The notes beneath the pieces were generated by a model, which saw only the letters and a list, made by a program, of their open reading frames with translations, had not been told where the DNA came from and ran no database searches. From Rhodothermales bacterium (GTDB taxonomy: Bacteria; Bacteroidota; Rhodothermia; Rhodothermales; VXPQ01), in the NCBI GenBank assembly GCA_951812335.1, contig OX638293.1, positions 2,313,584 to 2,377,583 on the forward strand: 64,000 nt of DNA, written 5' to 3'. Positions within the stretch are counted from its first letter, which is position 1, and the number at the start of each line of letters is the position of its first letter. The translations under genes were made by a program, and so were the position numbers. Positions 20,423-30,877 of this stretch are shown one piece after another.

Positions 20423-21868
20423 TTAGCGACGATACAGCGCCGATTGCCAGTTGGGGAGCGATCGCTCGCCTGGCACACTGGAATGCAGTAACTCGAAACT
20501 ACCGAACCCGGTAACGTCCGCAAACACGAAAACAGATTGGCCATGCCCCGGAATGTTGTTGTACTGCCAGATTTCGTGGGGAACCGTTGCCTGATCGTAT
20601 AAATGCGGTTCGATGTCGTTAGGCAACCCGTACGTGATGACGACCCGACCCCGATCGCTTTGCCAGCCCGCCTCGATGTTCGATGTGTACCGGTCGTTGG
20701 CATACTGCACGCGGCGATAAAACCCCTCCTTGAATTCATTGACCGGCGTCATGGGCTGGGCATCGCGCTTTTGCCAGAAATCCATCAGAAAACGACGCCG
20801 GGCATCCAGTTCGGATAGCCTCCGCATTCGACGCCTTTCCATATCGTTCGCAATGAGGCGGGCATGAGCCATACCCTGTTCGACCTCATCTTCCGACATC
20901 TCCGCATAGGAACTCGTCTCGAAGTCGATTTCGAGAATGGCCGGATCCTCGCGGGATACTCCCGGATTGTACACGAAAAACTTCCGCGACCGTTCGACGA
21001 CCCCCTCGTTCTGCTCGTCGAGCAGCACCATGTGGAACACATACGATCCTGTAGGCAGTCCGCCGGTATCGAAACTTCCGACAAGCACATCGGGGGATCT
21101 GACCGTGCGATCTAAGCGGTTCTCCAGATCGGCGATCGGGAGCAGGCGATCGGCGTCCGCCACGTACGTGTAGACGATGTACGTATTTCTGTCGGAACCT
21201 ATTTCCCCTGCGCCATATGCTTCCGCATAGTAATACATGCGACGCAAACCCTCACCGAACAGACGATTGGGACTGGGATGGACAAGGAGACCGTTTTTGA
21301 AGAAGGGATCGTTTCGGCGAGCGTTCGGCGCAATGCCGGTAGCCAGCGTAATGTCCGAAAGCGCCGGGGCGCCGTCCGGTTCGAAGCGACCCACCGGGAA
21401 CGCTTGCCGTATTCGCAGACCGGGCCGGGCAGGCATATCCGGAACGGTCAGGTGCAGCACATAGTCGTCGGGCGGTACGGCGGAGCGCATCTGATGCGTA
21501 AAATAGTGCCCGGAATGCATCCCGGCGGTGTCGGGAAGCGCAAAGCGCAGCACCGTGGAATCGGCCCACACGGGCGCCGCCCGGGTTTCGCCGGTATCCG
21601 TCGCGGCACCGGGAGCAAGTTCGAGGCGCAGTGGCAAAGACGCTACGAAACCATCGGCTTCGGCAGCCTCGAAATCCAAGGAAGCCGCCTCGACGCCGAT
21701 ATACACCTCAACGAGGGACACCGCTTCGTCGTACGCGAAGGCCGCATAATCGACATCCATCTTCACCGGCGCATGTTGTGCACGGGTACTACCGACCAGA
21801 AAACCGAAGGAGGCAAGCAACGCCATGCCTGTTCCGGCGGAAAAGATTGCTTTTCGAAAACCGATCAT
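20423..21868 (-). CDS. GWxTD domain-containing secreted protein
   Basis: Signal peptide; DFWQKRD, YRRVQYAN, GWQSDRGRVVITYGLP, EIWQY and FVFAD. Confidence 0.92.
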   Translation of the reverse strand: MIGFRKAIFSAGTGMALLASFGFLVGSTRAQHAPVKMDVDYAAFAYDEAVSLVEVYIGVEAASLDFEAAEADGFVASLPLRLELAPGAATDTGETRAAPVWADSTVLRFALPDTAGMHSGHYFTHQMRSAVPPDDYVLHLTVPDMPARPGLRIRQAFPVGRFEPDGAPALSDITLATGIAPNARRNDPFFKNGLLVHPSPNRLFGEGLRRMYYYAEAYGAGEIGSDRNTYIVYTYVADADRLLPIADLENRLDRTVRSPDVLVGSFDTGGLPTGSYVFHMVLLDEQNEGVVERSRKFFVYNPGVSREDPAILEIDFETSSYAEMSEDEVEQGMAHARLIANDMERRRMRRLSELDARRRFLMDFWQKRDAQPMTPVNEFKEGFYRRVQYANDRYTSNIEAGWQSDRGRVVITYGLPNDIEPHLYDQATVPHEIWQYNNIPGHGQSVFVFADVTGFGSFELLHSSVPGERSLPNWQSALYRR

Positions 21869-21906
21869 TCGATTCCTCCTTGCCGAAGAGACCCGGAAAT
21901 ACCTAT

Positions 21907-22160
21907 GGATACTCTGATCAAAATCACTTCGCCCGGCACTTTACTTTCGCACGTAAACGATGTCATGATTCCATCGTCGAAATCAGCGGAAAACACTGCG
22001 GATTCGGAGCATCGCGATCGGAAAGCACCCTTCGGGAGGCTGCGAGGGGCACGCTGGCCGCGTCATTCCTTATTATGTGGCGCTTGCCGCACTGCTTCGG
22101 CATTCCTTGCCGGCGCACCCCCTGCAGCCTCTGAGCTTTACGGACTTAATCAGAGTATCC
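21907..22160 (-). mobile_element. Full copy C (reverse orientation) of ~253-bp repeat, with perfect 4-bp CTAT direct repeats
   Basis: TIRs GGATACTCTGAT / ATCAGAGTATCC; CTAT at 21903-21906 and 22161-22164. Confidence 0.9.
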
Positions 22161-22226
22161 CTATCGGAAAATAGGCCCGGAAAACGGGAAAAGAAAACGA
22201 ACAGCGCAAAAAACCGTATGTGTCCT

Positions 22227-23036
22227 TCACCGCCTGAACCGGGTCACGCCTTCGGATACGAATCGGCTCTCTTCGACCAGATACTGCCTGCCCTCTATCG
22301 AGAAAATACCTGCCTCAATGTCGATCACATTGTAGTGATTCCGGGAACGATATGTGCGACGGCCGCGAGTACTGGTTGCGGTCCCGGCAATGGCAACCAC
22401 AATCCGGTGCATGGGATTCGTTTCCAGGGTAATCTCAAGGGGTTCGACATGGGAAACATGAAGATGCCCGCACAGGATGAGAGATACGCCGGCCTCGCCT
22501 GCCCGGTCGAGCGCACGAGGGGCATACCGGGCTACGTCATGCGACCAGAGCGCCTGCATACGCGACAACTGGTGATGCACTACAAGCACCTTGAACACAG
22601 ACGACGGGATGGGCGACAGACGATCGGTGATATCCTCGCAGATGCGTTCGTCGATGCGCCCTCCCTTGATCGTGCACCGGCGGGCCGAATTCAGGCCAAG
22701 CACGGCCACGCCGTCCATCCGGAAGAACGGAGCCACATCGGAGCGAATGAACCGGCGATACCGCTCGAAGGGCGTAAAAATGCGCTGGAACGGCTGCCAC
22801 CAGGGAGATACGTCATGGTTACCGGGAACGACGACGACCGGCGGCTGCAGGGCCGCAAGCATGGCGGCAGCCTCTTCGAATTCGACAACGCGGGCCCGTT
22901 GTGTCAGATCCCCGCTTACGGCGACGAGGTCAACGTCCAACTCGTTGATTTCATCGATAAGCGCCCCAACGACCCCGGGATGCGAAATCTTGCCGAAATG
23001 CAAATCCGATACGTGTGCGATCCTGAATCGGCTCAC
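22227..23036 (-). CDS. Calcineurin-like metallophosphoesterase (Icc/CpdA-like)
   Basis: SDLH, SGDL, PGNHD, VHH and CGHLH motifs. Confidence 0.93.
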   Translation of the reverse strand: MSRFRIAHVSDLHFGKISHPGVVGALIDEINELDVDLVAVSGDLTQRARVVEFEEAAAMLAALQPPVVVVPGNHDVSPWWQPFQRIFTPFERYRRFIRSDVAPFFRMDGVAVLGLNSARRCTIKGGRIDERICEDITDRLSPIPSSVFKVLVVHHQLSRMQALWSHDVARYAPRALDRAGEAGVSLILCGHLHVSHVEPLEITLETNPMHRIVVAIAGTATSTRGRRTYRSRNHYNVIDIEAGIFSIEGRQYLVEESRFVSEGVTRFRR

Positions 23037-24328
23037 TACAGCAACATGGAAAGCGGCTCTTCAATATGGCTCCGCACCGTCCCGATAAAGGCGGCGGCGA
23101 CGGCGCCGTCCACCACGCGGTGATCGGACGAAAGCGTCAGTTTCATACGCTTGCCGGGAACGACCGCGCCTTCTTTCACTACCGCCTCGTCGCGAATGGC
23201 TCCGACAGCGAGAATACACGCATTCGGGGGATTGATGATGGCTGTAAATTCCTCGACGCCGTACATGCCGAGGTTGCTTGTCGTAAATGTGGACCCTTCC
23301 CAGTCTTCCGGCTGCAGCGCGCGATCGCGGGCGCGCTTCGCCAGCTCCCGGGTTTCCGTGGCGATCTGCGCCAGTCCCTTCCGGTCAGCGTGTCGGATAA
23401 CCGGCGTGACCAGTCCATCGTCTATGGCTACGGCGACGGCGACATGGGCATGTCGATGCTGAAGGACCACACCCTCCTGCTCGCCCCAGGAGGCATTGAC
23501 GGCAGGATGCACGCGCAGCGCCAGTGCACAAGCCTTCGTAACGAAGTCGTTGAACGAAATCTTCACCCCGCCGGCGGCTTCCGCCTGCTTATTGATGCGT
23601 GCGCGGGCCGCCACGGCGCGCTCCACATCCACATCCACGGTCAGATAAAAATGGGGCGATGTGAACTTGCTCTCCGAAAGGCGGCGTGCAATGGTCTTTC
23701 GCATCTGCGAAAGACGCACGGCTTCGGAAACATCCTCCGCAGGCATTTCAATCATGGTGGTCGGCATTCGGTATCCCGACGAGACGCCCGGAGCGGGCGT
23801 ATGCCGCCGGATAGCTGCTTCCACGTCCCGCTTCACAATACGCCCTTCCGGGCCACTGCCGGCGACCTGCTGCAATACAATACCGTGTTCGTCAGCCAGG
23901 CGGCGGGCAAGCGGCGAACTCTTTAAGCGCCCGTCGTCTCCGGCAAAGGTCGTATCCGATTCAGCGTCCGGCGCAGCGGGCTGCACGGCCCCATCGCCTG
24001 CCGGAGGGACAGGCGCCTCGGAAGTCGATGCTTCTGCAGGAGCGCCTGCGGCGCCGTCATACCCGGCAAGCAATACGGAAATGTCTTCGCCGGCCTTGCC
24101 GAGCACAGCGATCAGGCCGCCGATCGGTACGGCAGCGCCCGCCGGAATGACCTTTTTCAACAATACCCCGTCATCGTACACCTCAAGGTCCATCGTGGCC
24201 TTGTCCGTCTCGACCTGTGCAATAATATCCCCGGACGATACGGCGTCCCCCTCTTCTGCAAGCCATGCCACGAGGACGCCCTCCTCCATGGTATCGCTCA
24301 TTTTGGGCATTTCAACAGGGATGGGCAT
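23036..24328 (-). CDS. pdhC: Pyruvate dehydrogenase E2, dihydrolipoamide acetyltransferase
   Basis: Lipoyl motif VETDKA, E3-binding SPLARRLA and catalytic DHRVVDG. Confidence 0.97.
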   Translation of the reverse strand: MPIPVEMPKMSDTMEEGVLVAWLAEEGDAVSSGDIIAQVETDKATMDLEVYDDGVLLKKVIPAGAAVPIGGLIAVLGKAGEDISVLLAGYDGAAGAPAEASTSEAPVPPAGDGAVQPAAPDAESDTTFAGDDGRLKSSPLARRLADEHGIVLQQVAGSGPEGRIVKRDVEAAIRRHTPAPGVSSGYRMPTTMIEMPAEDVSEAVRLSQMRKTIARRLSESKFTSPHFYLTVDVDVERAVAARARINKQAEAAGGVKISFNDFVTKACALALRVHPAVNASWGEQEGVVLQHRHAHVAVAVAIDDGLVTPVIRHADRKGLAQIATETRELAKRARDRALQPEDWEGSTFTTSNLGMYGVEEFTAIINPPNACILAVGAIRDEAVVKEGAVVPGKRMKLTLSSDHRVVDGAVAAAFIGTVRSHIEEPLSMLL

Positions 24329-24465
24329 GGTCTGGTATTCAGATTATGTCCTTGTGTAACAATGCGCTTTGCTGCGAGCTTCGTACAGTCTTATCCGGCA
24401 TGATACGAAGGCGGGGATGTTTTCCAGGTCGGAGAAGGCGTATCGAAAAAAGACAGCCCGTACCT

Positions 24466-25449
24466 TCAGTTTGCGTACAGTACTTGTTTGGCGGCCGCTA
24501 CGATTTCCTCAGTACGAGGCATGTAATACTCGATCAGATTTTTTGCGTACGGAGCCGGGACATCCTTGGCTGTCACCCGCATGACCGGAGCATCCAGCCA
24601 GTCGAACGCGCGCTCCTGTATCTGACATGCCACCTCCGACGAAAAACTGGCGAACGGATTGCTTTCGTCCACGACGACAAGCCGGTTCGTCTTTTTGACG
24701 GATGCCGCGATCGTTTCGATATCCAGCGGGCGAATCGTCCGCGGGTCGACGACTTCGGCGTCGTATCCGGCTTCGGCCAGTCGGTCGGCGGCTTCCATCG
24801 CACGCCAGTAACTCTTCTGATGGGCGACGATAGTAACGTCGGCGCCTTCCCGCGCAATGCGCGCTTTACCCAAAGGAATCATGTAGTCCCTGGCATCGGA
24901 AACTTCCCCCTTCAAGCCATACATCGATTCGCTTTCGAGGAAAATCACCGGATCGTCGTCTCGGATAGCTGACTTCAGGAGTCCCTTCGCATCGTCCGGA
25001 TTGGACGGCGCTACGACTTTGAGTCCGGGGAAATACGAGTAAAGCGATTCGACAGCCGTGTTATGGGTAGCGGCCAGTTGGCCTGCGGCGCCGTTCGGTC
25101 CCCGGAAAACGATCGGCATCGAGAATTGCCCTCCCGACATGTACCGGATCTTCGCCGCATTGTTGACCAACTGATCAAAGGCTACGAACGAGAAATTGAA
25201 GGTCATGAATTCTACGATGGGGCGCAATCCGGCCATCGCAGCGCCAACACCCAGCCCTGAAAACCCGCTTTCGCTGATTGGCGTGTCGAGTACCCGGTCG
25301 GCGCCGAAACGATCCAGCATCCCTTCACTGACCTTGTACGCCCCATTGTATTCGGCGACTTCTTCCCCGATCAGAAAAACGCCCGCATCGCGCTCCATTT
25401 CTTCCACCATGGCGGCGCGAATCGCCTCGCGAAGTTGCAATACAGCCAT
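24466..25449 (-). CDS. pdhB: Pyruvate dehydrogenase E1 beta subunit
   Basis: GEEVAEYNGAYKVS, DTPISE, VEFMTFNF and FRGPNG. Confidence 0.97.
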   Translation of the reverse strand: MAVLQLREAIRAAMVEEMERDAGVFLIGEEVAEYNGAYKVSEGMLDRFGADRVLDTPISESGFSGLGVGAAMAGLRPIVEFMTFNFSFVAFDQLVNNAAKIRYMSGGQFSMPIVFRGPNGAAGQLAATHNTAVESLYSYFPGLKVVAPSNPDDAKGLLKSAIRDDDPVIFLESESMYGLKGEVSDARDYMIPLGKARIAREGADVTIVAHQKSYWRAMEAADRLAEAGYDAEVVDPRTIRPLDIETIAASVKKTNRLVVVDESNPFASFSSEVACQIQERAFDWLDAPVMRVTAKDVPAPYAKNLIEYYMPRTEEIVAAAKQVLYAN

Positions 25450-25458
25450 ATCCTGGAA

Positions 25459-26625
25459 TCAATCGGTTAAAAAAGGATAATCCGCCTGCGAATACACATG
25501 CTCGTATATCTCCCGAATGGGTGGCGCATCGCTCGCTTCGCTGAAGGCAACCGCATCCATCACTATCCGTTTAACTTCGTCGTCCGCCGCATCAAACTCC
25601 TCGTTCGACGACAATTCGCGCTCAAGCATGTAGCCCTTGAGACGAATGATCGGATCTTCTTCCTTCCTGGCGTCCAGTTCCTCCCTGGTCCGGTAATTCG
25701 CCGGATCGCTCATCGAATGGCCTCGATACCGATAGGTGCGCACTTCCAGAATCGACGGGCGGTTGTTCCGGGCCTGGGCAATATGATCGGACATGGCCTT
25801 GTAGACACTGAAAATATCCATGCCGCTGGCCAGCGAAGAGATCATGCCGTAACTATGGGCATACCGGTGAAAGTCGGTCTGCGCGAACGCTCGGTGAGTG
25901 GCCGTACCCATAGCGTACTCGTTGTTCTCGATCACGAAGACGCAAGGCGTTTCGTACAAAGCAGCCAGATTCATGGTCTCGTGGAAGGAGCCTTGTCCCA
26001 CAGCGCCGTCACCCAGATAGGTCAGGCACACCCCGCCGTCTCCTTTGTACTTGTGCGCAAAGGCAATACCGGCTCCGACGGCGATATGGCCTCCAACAAT
26101 GCCATGTCCTCCATAGAAATTGAGCTCCTTCTTGAAGTAATGCATCGACCCCCCCTTGCCTCTTGAAGAGCCGCCGACCTTGCCGAAGAGTTCCGCCATG
26201 CATTCGTTCGGCGTCATGCCGAGCGCCAGGCCGAGTCCGTGGTCGCGATAGGCGGTGATTACCGAATCCTTGCCGATCTCCATGGCGCATGCCGACCCGG
26301 TAGATACGGCTTCCTGCCCTATATAGAGATGCAGAAATCCGCCGATCTTTTGTTTTCCGTACATCTGTGCGGCGCGCTCCTCGAACCGGCGCTGCAACAG
26401 CATGTTGCGGTACATGTCGAGTACCTGATCGCCGGAAAAACCGAGTTCCTCATGGGTATACGCGCCGGGCGGATAATAAATGAAGGACTCGTCGAGGCCA
26501 GAGGCTACCTCGTCCCCCACAGGCACTCCGGAATGGCCGTTCCAGCTGGCGGCCGAAACCCCGTTTCCTTCCGCTTCGCCGTCTGCGGAAGGTTTCCCTG
26601 CTTTTTTCCGCGTTTCACCGGCCAT
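25459..26625 (-). CDS. pdhA: Pyruvate dehydrogenase E1 alpha subunit
   Basis: GFLHLYIGQEA, GKGGSMH, GDGAVGQG...ENN and YRGHSMSDP. Confidence 0.97.
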   Translation of the reverse strand: MAGETRKKAGKPSADGEAEGNGVSAASWNGHSGVPVGDEVASGLDESFIYYPPGAYTHEELGFSGDQVLDMYRNMLLQRRFEERAAQMYGKQKIGGFLHLYIGQEAVSTGSACAMEIGKDSVITAYRDHGLGLALGMTPNECMAELFGKVGGSSRGKGGSMHYFKKELNFYGGHGIVGGHIAVGAGIAFAHKYKGDGGVCLTYLGDGAVGQGSFHETMNLAALYETPCVFVIENNEYAMGTATHRAFAQTDFHRYAHSYGMISSLASGMDIFSVYKAMSDHIAQARNNRPSILEVRTYRYRGHSMSDPANYRTREELDARKEEDPIIRLKGYMLERELSSNEEFDAADDEVKRIVMDAVAFSEASDAPPIREIYEHVYSQADYPFLTD

Positions 26626-26887
26626 GGTTGATCATAGCATGAGTTGTTTGCAAAAAACGACGCACGAACCCTTCAATGCATTTGTATCAGAATAGAATCC
26701 GGCGAGTTTCATCTTTCCGTAAAATTAACTATCCGCTAAAATCCCGGGAGCGAGATCCGGCGAGTCGGCCCGAGCGCGGAACCGCCGCTTCCCTCCCGTG
26801 TCAGATGCCTGACTTGGGCATGAGTAGCTTGCCAAGATAATAAAAATCGAAATATTCGACACGCTGTTCCCTCGATTTACGATCCCC

Positions 26888-27646
26888 GTGGAACCTTTTT
26901 CCAAACAGGATGCTTCGGGCCCGAACCGCTCCGTGGTCATCATTCCCACCTACAACGAAGCGGAAAACGTCCCCGTCGTCCTCGACGAAATCATGACGTT
27001 GCCCGAGCAAGTGCACGCACTCGTTGTGGACGACGGCTCTCCCGACGGCACAGCGGACTGCGTACGGGCGCGCATGCAAAAGCACCCGGGCCGTATATCG
27101 CTGATCGAGCGGGAAAGAAAAATGGGGCTCGGCACCGCCTACCTGCGCGGTTTCGACTGGGCGCTCGACCGGAACTACACGTTCATATGCAGCATGGACG
27201 CAGACCTGTCGCACAACCCTGCCGACCTCTCACGCCTCATCGCCTCTGTGCTCGAAGGCAAGGCCGATCTGGCGATCGGGTCCCGCTACGCAGAGGGGGT
27301 TCGCGTCGTAAACTGGCCGCTTACCCGTCTCATTCTCTCCTACTCCGCCGGGATCTATACCCGTTGCGTGACCCGTATGCCAATCCGGGACGTAACGGCC
27401 GGATTTATGTGCTATCGTCGCCGCGTTCTCGAAGCCATCGACTTCAACCGGGTCACTTCGAACGGCTACTCCTTCCTGCTGGAAATGAAATACCGTGCCT
27501 GGCGCCAGGGATTCGCCCTGCTCGAAATCCCGATCGTCTTCACCGAACGCACCGAAGGGCAATCCAAGATGACCCGGGCGATCGTACGCGAAGCGGCCTT
27601 CAAGGTCTGGGAACTCCGCCTGCGGCAACTGTTCGGGCGCTTGTAA
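26888..27646 (+). CDS. Polyprenol monophosphomannose synthase (GT2, DPM1-like)
   Basis: IPTYNEAEN, VDDGSPDGT, GLGTAY, MDADLSHNP and FTERTEGQSKM. Confidence 0.93.
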   Translation: MEPFSKQDASGPNRSVVIIPTYNEAENVPVVLDEIMTLPEQVHALVVDDGSPDGTADCVRARMQKHPGRISLIERERKMGLGTAYLRGFDWALDRNYTFICSMDADLSHNPADLSRLIASVLEGKADLAIGSRYAEGVRVVNWPLTRLILSYSAGIYTRCVTRMPIRDVTAGFMCYRRRVLEAIDFNRVTSNGYSFLLEMKYRAWRQGFALLEIPIVFTERTEGQSKMTRAIVREAAFKVWELRLRQLFGRL

Positions 27647-27756
27647 CGACCGCGCAATTTTACACGCTCTCCATGTAAAGCGCGCATCCCTCGTTGCCCG
27701 TTGCGCGTTAACAGGCGCAGCGAATCCTACTACGCGCCTTTCAACGCACAGACAAC

Positions 27757-29001
27757 ATGCCCGCATACAAAAACCTGACCCCGCCTGCCGAAGGCGAGTC
27801 GATTACGATGGGGCAAGGCCGCCTGAACGTGCCGGCCCGACCCGTCATTCCATTCATCGAAGGCGACGGCATAGGGCCGGATATATGGGCCGCCGCGCAG
27901 CATGTCTTCGATCATGCCGTCCGGCATGCCTACGAGGATACGCGGAAAATCGTGTGGTTCGAGGTTTTCGCGGGGGAAAAGGCAAAAAACAGATTCGACG
28001 AGTGGCTCCCGAACGATACCCTCGAGGCCATTCGCCAGTACCTCGTAGCCATTAAGGGGCCCCTGACTACGCCGGTCGGCGGGGGCATTCGCTCGCTCAA
28101 CGTCGCTCTGCGGCAGATTCTGGACCTGTACGCCTGCGTACGCCCCGTTCGTCACTTTGCAGGCGTCCCTTCCCCGGTAAAACACCCGGAAAAGGTGAAC
28201 ATGGTAATCTTCCGGGAAAATTCGGAGGACATCTACGCGGGCATCGAGTATGAAATGGGCACGCCGGAAGCGGAAAAACTTATTGGATTTCTGCGGGACG
28301 AAATGGGCGTCGAAAGCATCCGTTTCCCGGAAACGAGCGGCATCGGGATCAAACCCGTTTCCAGAGAAGGCACGGAACGGCTCGTGCGCGCGGCCATCGG
28401 CTACGCCCGGAAGCGCGGCTACAAAAGCGTCACGCTCGTACACAAGGGAAACATCATGAAGTTCACCGAGGGCGGATTCCGGGACTGGGGATACGACCTT
28501 GCCCGGCAGGAATTCGGCGCCGAGGAATTCGGGGGGGGGCCCTGGTCCAAACTTCCCGACGGCACGCTCGTCAAGGATGTCATCGCCGACGCCTTCCTGC
28601 AGCAGATTCTGACGCGCCCGGACGAATACGGGGTCATCGCGACCATGAATCTGAACGGCGATTATATCTCCGACGCGCTTGCCGCCGAGGTCGGAGGCAT
28701 CGGCATCGCACCCGGCGCCAACATCAATTACGATACCGGCCATGCCGTCTTCGAAGCCACCCACGGCACTGCGCCCAAATATGCGGGACAGGACAAGGTG
28801 AACCCCGGCTCGGTCATCCTGTCCGGGGAAATGATGTTCCGGTACATGGGATGGGACGAAGCAGCGGATCTGATCGTGTCTTCACTGGAAAAAACGATCG
28901 TACAGAAACGAGTCACCTACGACTTCGAGCGTCAGATGGACGGAGCCACGCTACTCAAAACCAGCGAATTCGGCGAGGCCATGGTCGAAAACATGGCGTG
29001 A
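27757..29001 (+). CDS. icd: NADP-dependent isocitrate dehydrogenase
   Basis: [45 protein letters not shown] and [13 protein letters not shown]. Confidence 0.98.
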   Translation: MPAYKNLTPPAEGESITMGQGRLNVPARPVIPFIEGDGIGPDIWAAAQHVFDHAVRHAYEDTRKIVWFEVFAGEKAKNRFDEWLPNDTLEAIRQYLVAIKGPLTTPVGGGIRSLNVALRQILDLYACVRPVRHFAGVPSPVKHPEKVNMVIFRENSEDIYAGIEYEMGTPEAEKLIGFLRDEMGVESIRFPETSGIGIKPVSREGTERLVRAAIGYARKRGYKSVTLVHKGNIMKFTEGGFRDWGYDLARQEFGAEEFGGGPWSKLPDGTLVKDVIADAFLQQILTRPDEYGVIATMNLNGDYISDALAAEVGGIGIAPGANINYDTGHAVFEATHGTAPKYAGQDKVNPGSVILSGEMMFRYMGWDEAADLIVSSLEKTIVQKRVTYDFERQMDGATLLKTSEFGEAMVENMA

Positions 29002-29049
29002 CGATACAGCACGGCGGCATCCGATCCTGGAAATGCCCTGCGGGCGAAT

Positions 29050-30207
29050 CTACAAGCGCCCCTCCCTCGGCGACGAAGCGACTTCTTCGAGCAGCGCATC
29101 GTACTGCGCAATATGGCGCCGCCAGTCGAGCGCCTGCGGAATCGCTTGCAACGTAGACGGCGGCAGCGGCCGGTCCTCCCCTTCCATTATCCGGGACATG
29201 GATTCGAAAAGCTCTTGCTCGTCCTCGTACAGCACGGGAGCGTGCAGCAGCGGGCGATGGAGCGCATCGGGGATCAGTTCAGGATAGCTGAGGCGATTCG
29301 GCAACAGCGGATGACATCCGCAGTAAATGGCCTCCATGATAGCTATGCCGAAGAATTCGTGGATCGATGTCGATACGACCAGATGAGCCCGGTGCAGCAA
29401 ACGGCTGTATTCCTTGAAGTCCTCCGCATAGCCGTAGTGCAGAATGCGGTCCGCATACCGCTCGAACGCCTTTTCGAATTCGTACGGCTGTTCCTCGAAA
29501 TGCTCCCCGGCAAGGATAAGACGGAAGCGGTACCCGCAATCGTCGAGCCGGTTCATCACCCGGAAAAAAGCCTGCGGATTCTTGTCGTATTCCCAGCGCT
29601 GGTTCCATAGCACAATGGGGGACCGCATCGAAGGGCCCCATTCGGGTGGGGGATAGTCTGCACGGTATCGGTCGTGCGCCTCCAGATCCATACCTACATG
29701 CAATACGGTGGACTTCTTGCGAAGCACATTCACCGTATTCAAATGCGTGTAATCCGGAAACGTGCGCAAAAGGGTCGGCAGCGTATCCATGAACTCGTCG
29801 AAATGGAACCGGGAGTTGAACACGATCCGGTCGGCGGCGAGCGAGGACAGATAATTGATGTACCCGTAAGTATGGTCGCGCTCGGTACCCGGCGGCAACG
29901 GATAGGTCAACTGGTTCTCGTGGAAATACAGCACCACCGGCACATCTCCGAGATGCGGTCGCACGAGCGCCAGAAAGGCTGGGATATTGACCATGCCGGT
30001 GGCGAACACCACATCCGGCTCGAAACCTTCCCTGAAGGCCTTAAGGGCCTTGCGCGCCATCGTGACGGCGCCGCCGTGCATGCGCCACTTCCAGAAACGG
30101 GCCGTCAGGGTGAGCGTGCAGAACTCGTGGCGGCTATGCTTGACCAGCCCGTCGAAAAAATTCCGATGGGAGCCGCCGTACCACGGCTCCAACGCAAGCA
30201 CCTTCAT
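29050..30207 (-). CDS. DUF3524 + GT-B glycosyltransferase, GTDC1/QTMAN-like
   Basis: EPWYGGSH, WKWRMHG, YFHENQLTYP, FNSRFH, WNQRWEYDKNP, HEFFGI and PNRLSYPE. Confidence 0.88.
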   Translation of the reverse strand: MKVLALEPWYGGSHRNFFDGLVKHSRHEFCTLTLTARFWKWRMHGGAVTMARKALKAFREGFEPDVVFATGMVNIPAFLALVRPHLGDVPVVLYFHENQLTYPLPPGTERDHTYGYINYLSSLAADRIVFNSRFHFDEFMDTLPTLLRTFPDYTHLNTVNVLRKKSTVLHVGMDLEAHDRYRADYPPPEWGPSMRSPIVLWNQRWEYDKNPQAFFRVMNRLDDCGYRFRLILAGEHFEEQPYEFEKAFERYADRILHYGYAEDFKEYSRLLHRAHLVVSTSIHEFFGIAIMEAIYCGCHPLLPNRLSYPELIPDALHRPLLHAPVLYEDEQELFESMSRIMEGEDRPLPPSTLQAIPQALDWRRHIAQYDALLEEVASSPREGRL

Positions 30208-30455
30208 CCCTGGCCGCTCCCGGCTTCTTCAAGTTGCTTCCGAAAAGCCTCCTCTTCCTCCGTCGTAACCGGGCGCACGATCGAGATGGCGCGTACCTGC
30301 AAGTTTTTTCGGAGCGCGGGATCGCGCACTTCTTCCGCAGTAATCATCCTCGCTTCGCCGGGAGGCACGGTGATCCGGCGGGAAGCCATGTCTATCTCGA
30401 CGGGACGAGTGTTGGCGTTCTTGATAATCATTCCGCGCCGCATGGGAGTCGCCAT
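30204..30455 (-). CDS. Hypothetical 83-aa protein, translationally coupled to the glycosyltransferase
   Basis: ATGA 4-bp overlap with the next gene; natural-looking composition; no family recognised. Confidence 0.7.
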   Translation of the reverse strand: MATPMRRGMIIKNANTRPVEIDMASRRITVPPGEARMITAEEVRDPALRKNLQVRAISIVRPVTTEEEEAFRKQLEEAGSGQG

Positions 30456-30567
30456 CGGATTCGGTATTGCTTGCGTGCACGATCCCGGGGCCTTCGATCT
30501 AAAAAACCGTGCGCCGGGGCTGCCGCCAGGGGTTATGCAAATCGACCTAAGGTGTCTAATATATAAA

Positions 30568-30821
30568 GGATACTCTGATTAAGTCCACTTCAATCGGCAC
30601 TTCACTTTCGCGAGGACAGGACATCATGATTCCATCGTTGAAATCAGCGGCAAACATTACGGATTCGTGGCGTCGCGGGCGTGAAGCGCCCTTCGGGAAG
30701 CAGAGAGGGGCACGCTGGCCCCGTTATTCCTCATTATGTGGGGCCTGCCACACTGCTTCGTCATTCCTTGCCGGCGCACCCCTCTCAGCCTCTGGTCTTT
30801 GCGGATTTAATCAGAGTATCC
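30568..30821 (-). mobile_element. Full copy D (reverse orientation) of ~253-bp repeat
   Basis: Both ends read GGATACTCTGATTAA; flanks TAAA and TGAA; internal homology to the other copies. Confidence 0.88.
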
Positions 30822-30877
30822 TGAAATATCGCCGCATGTTTTTCACCGCCGCAAAAACGATGTCCCGAGCCTGAAAC

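Noticed and set aside
20076-22200. ORFs sharing DTLIKSAK.../WPRHSSLCG peptides (e.g. 20076-20267, 20132-20347, 21631-22134, 30626-30874, 49081-49815) as a protein family
   Set aside because: They are translations of the non-coding repeat; frames, starts and stops differ between copies.
23036-26625. pdh cluster lacking lpdA (E3)
   Set aside because: E3 is commonly encoded elsewhere and shared between complexes; not unusual.
28531-28539. G9 homopolymer in icd as a phase-variation tract
   Set aside because: It is in frame (FGGGPW) in a conserved-looking loop of a core metabolic gene; nothing indicates slippage.
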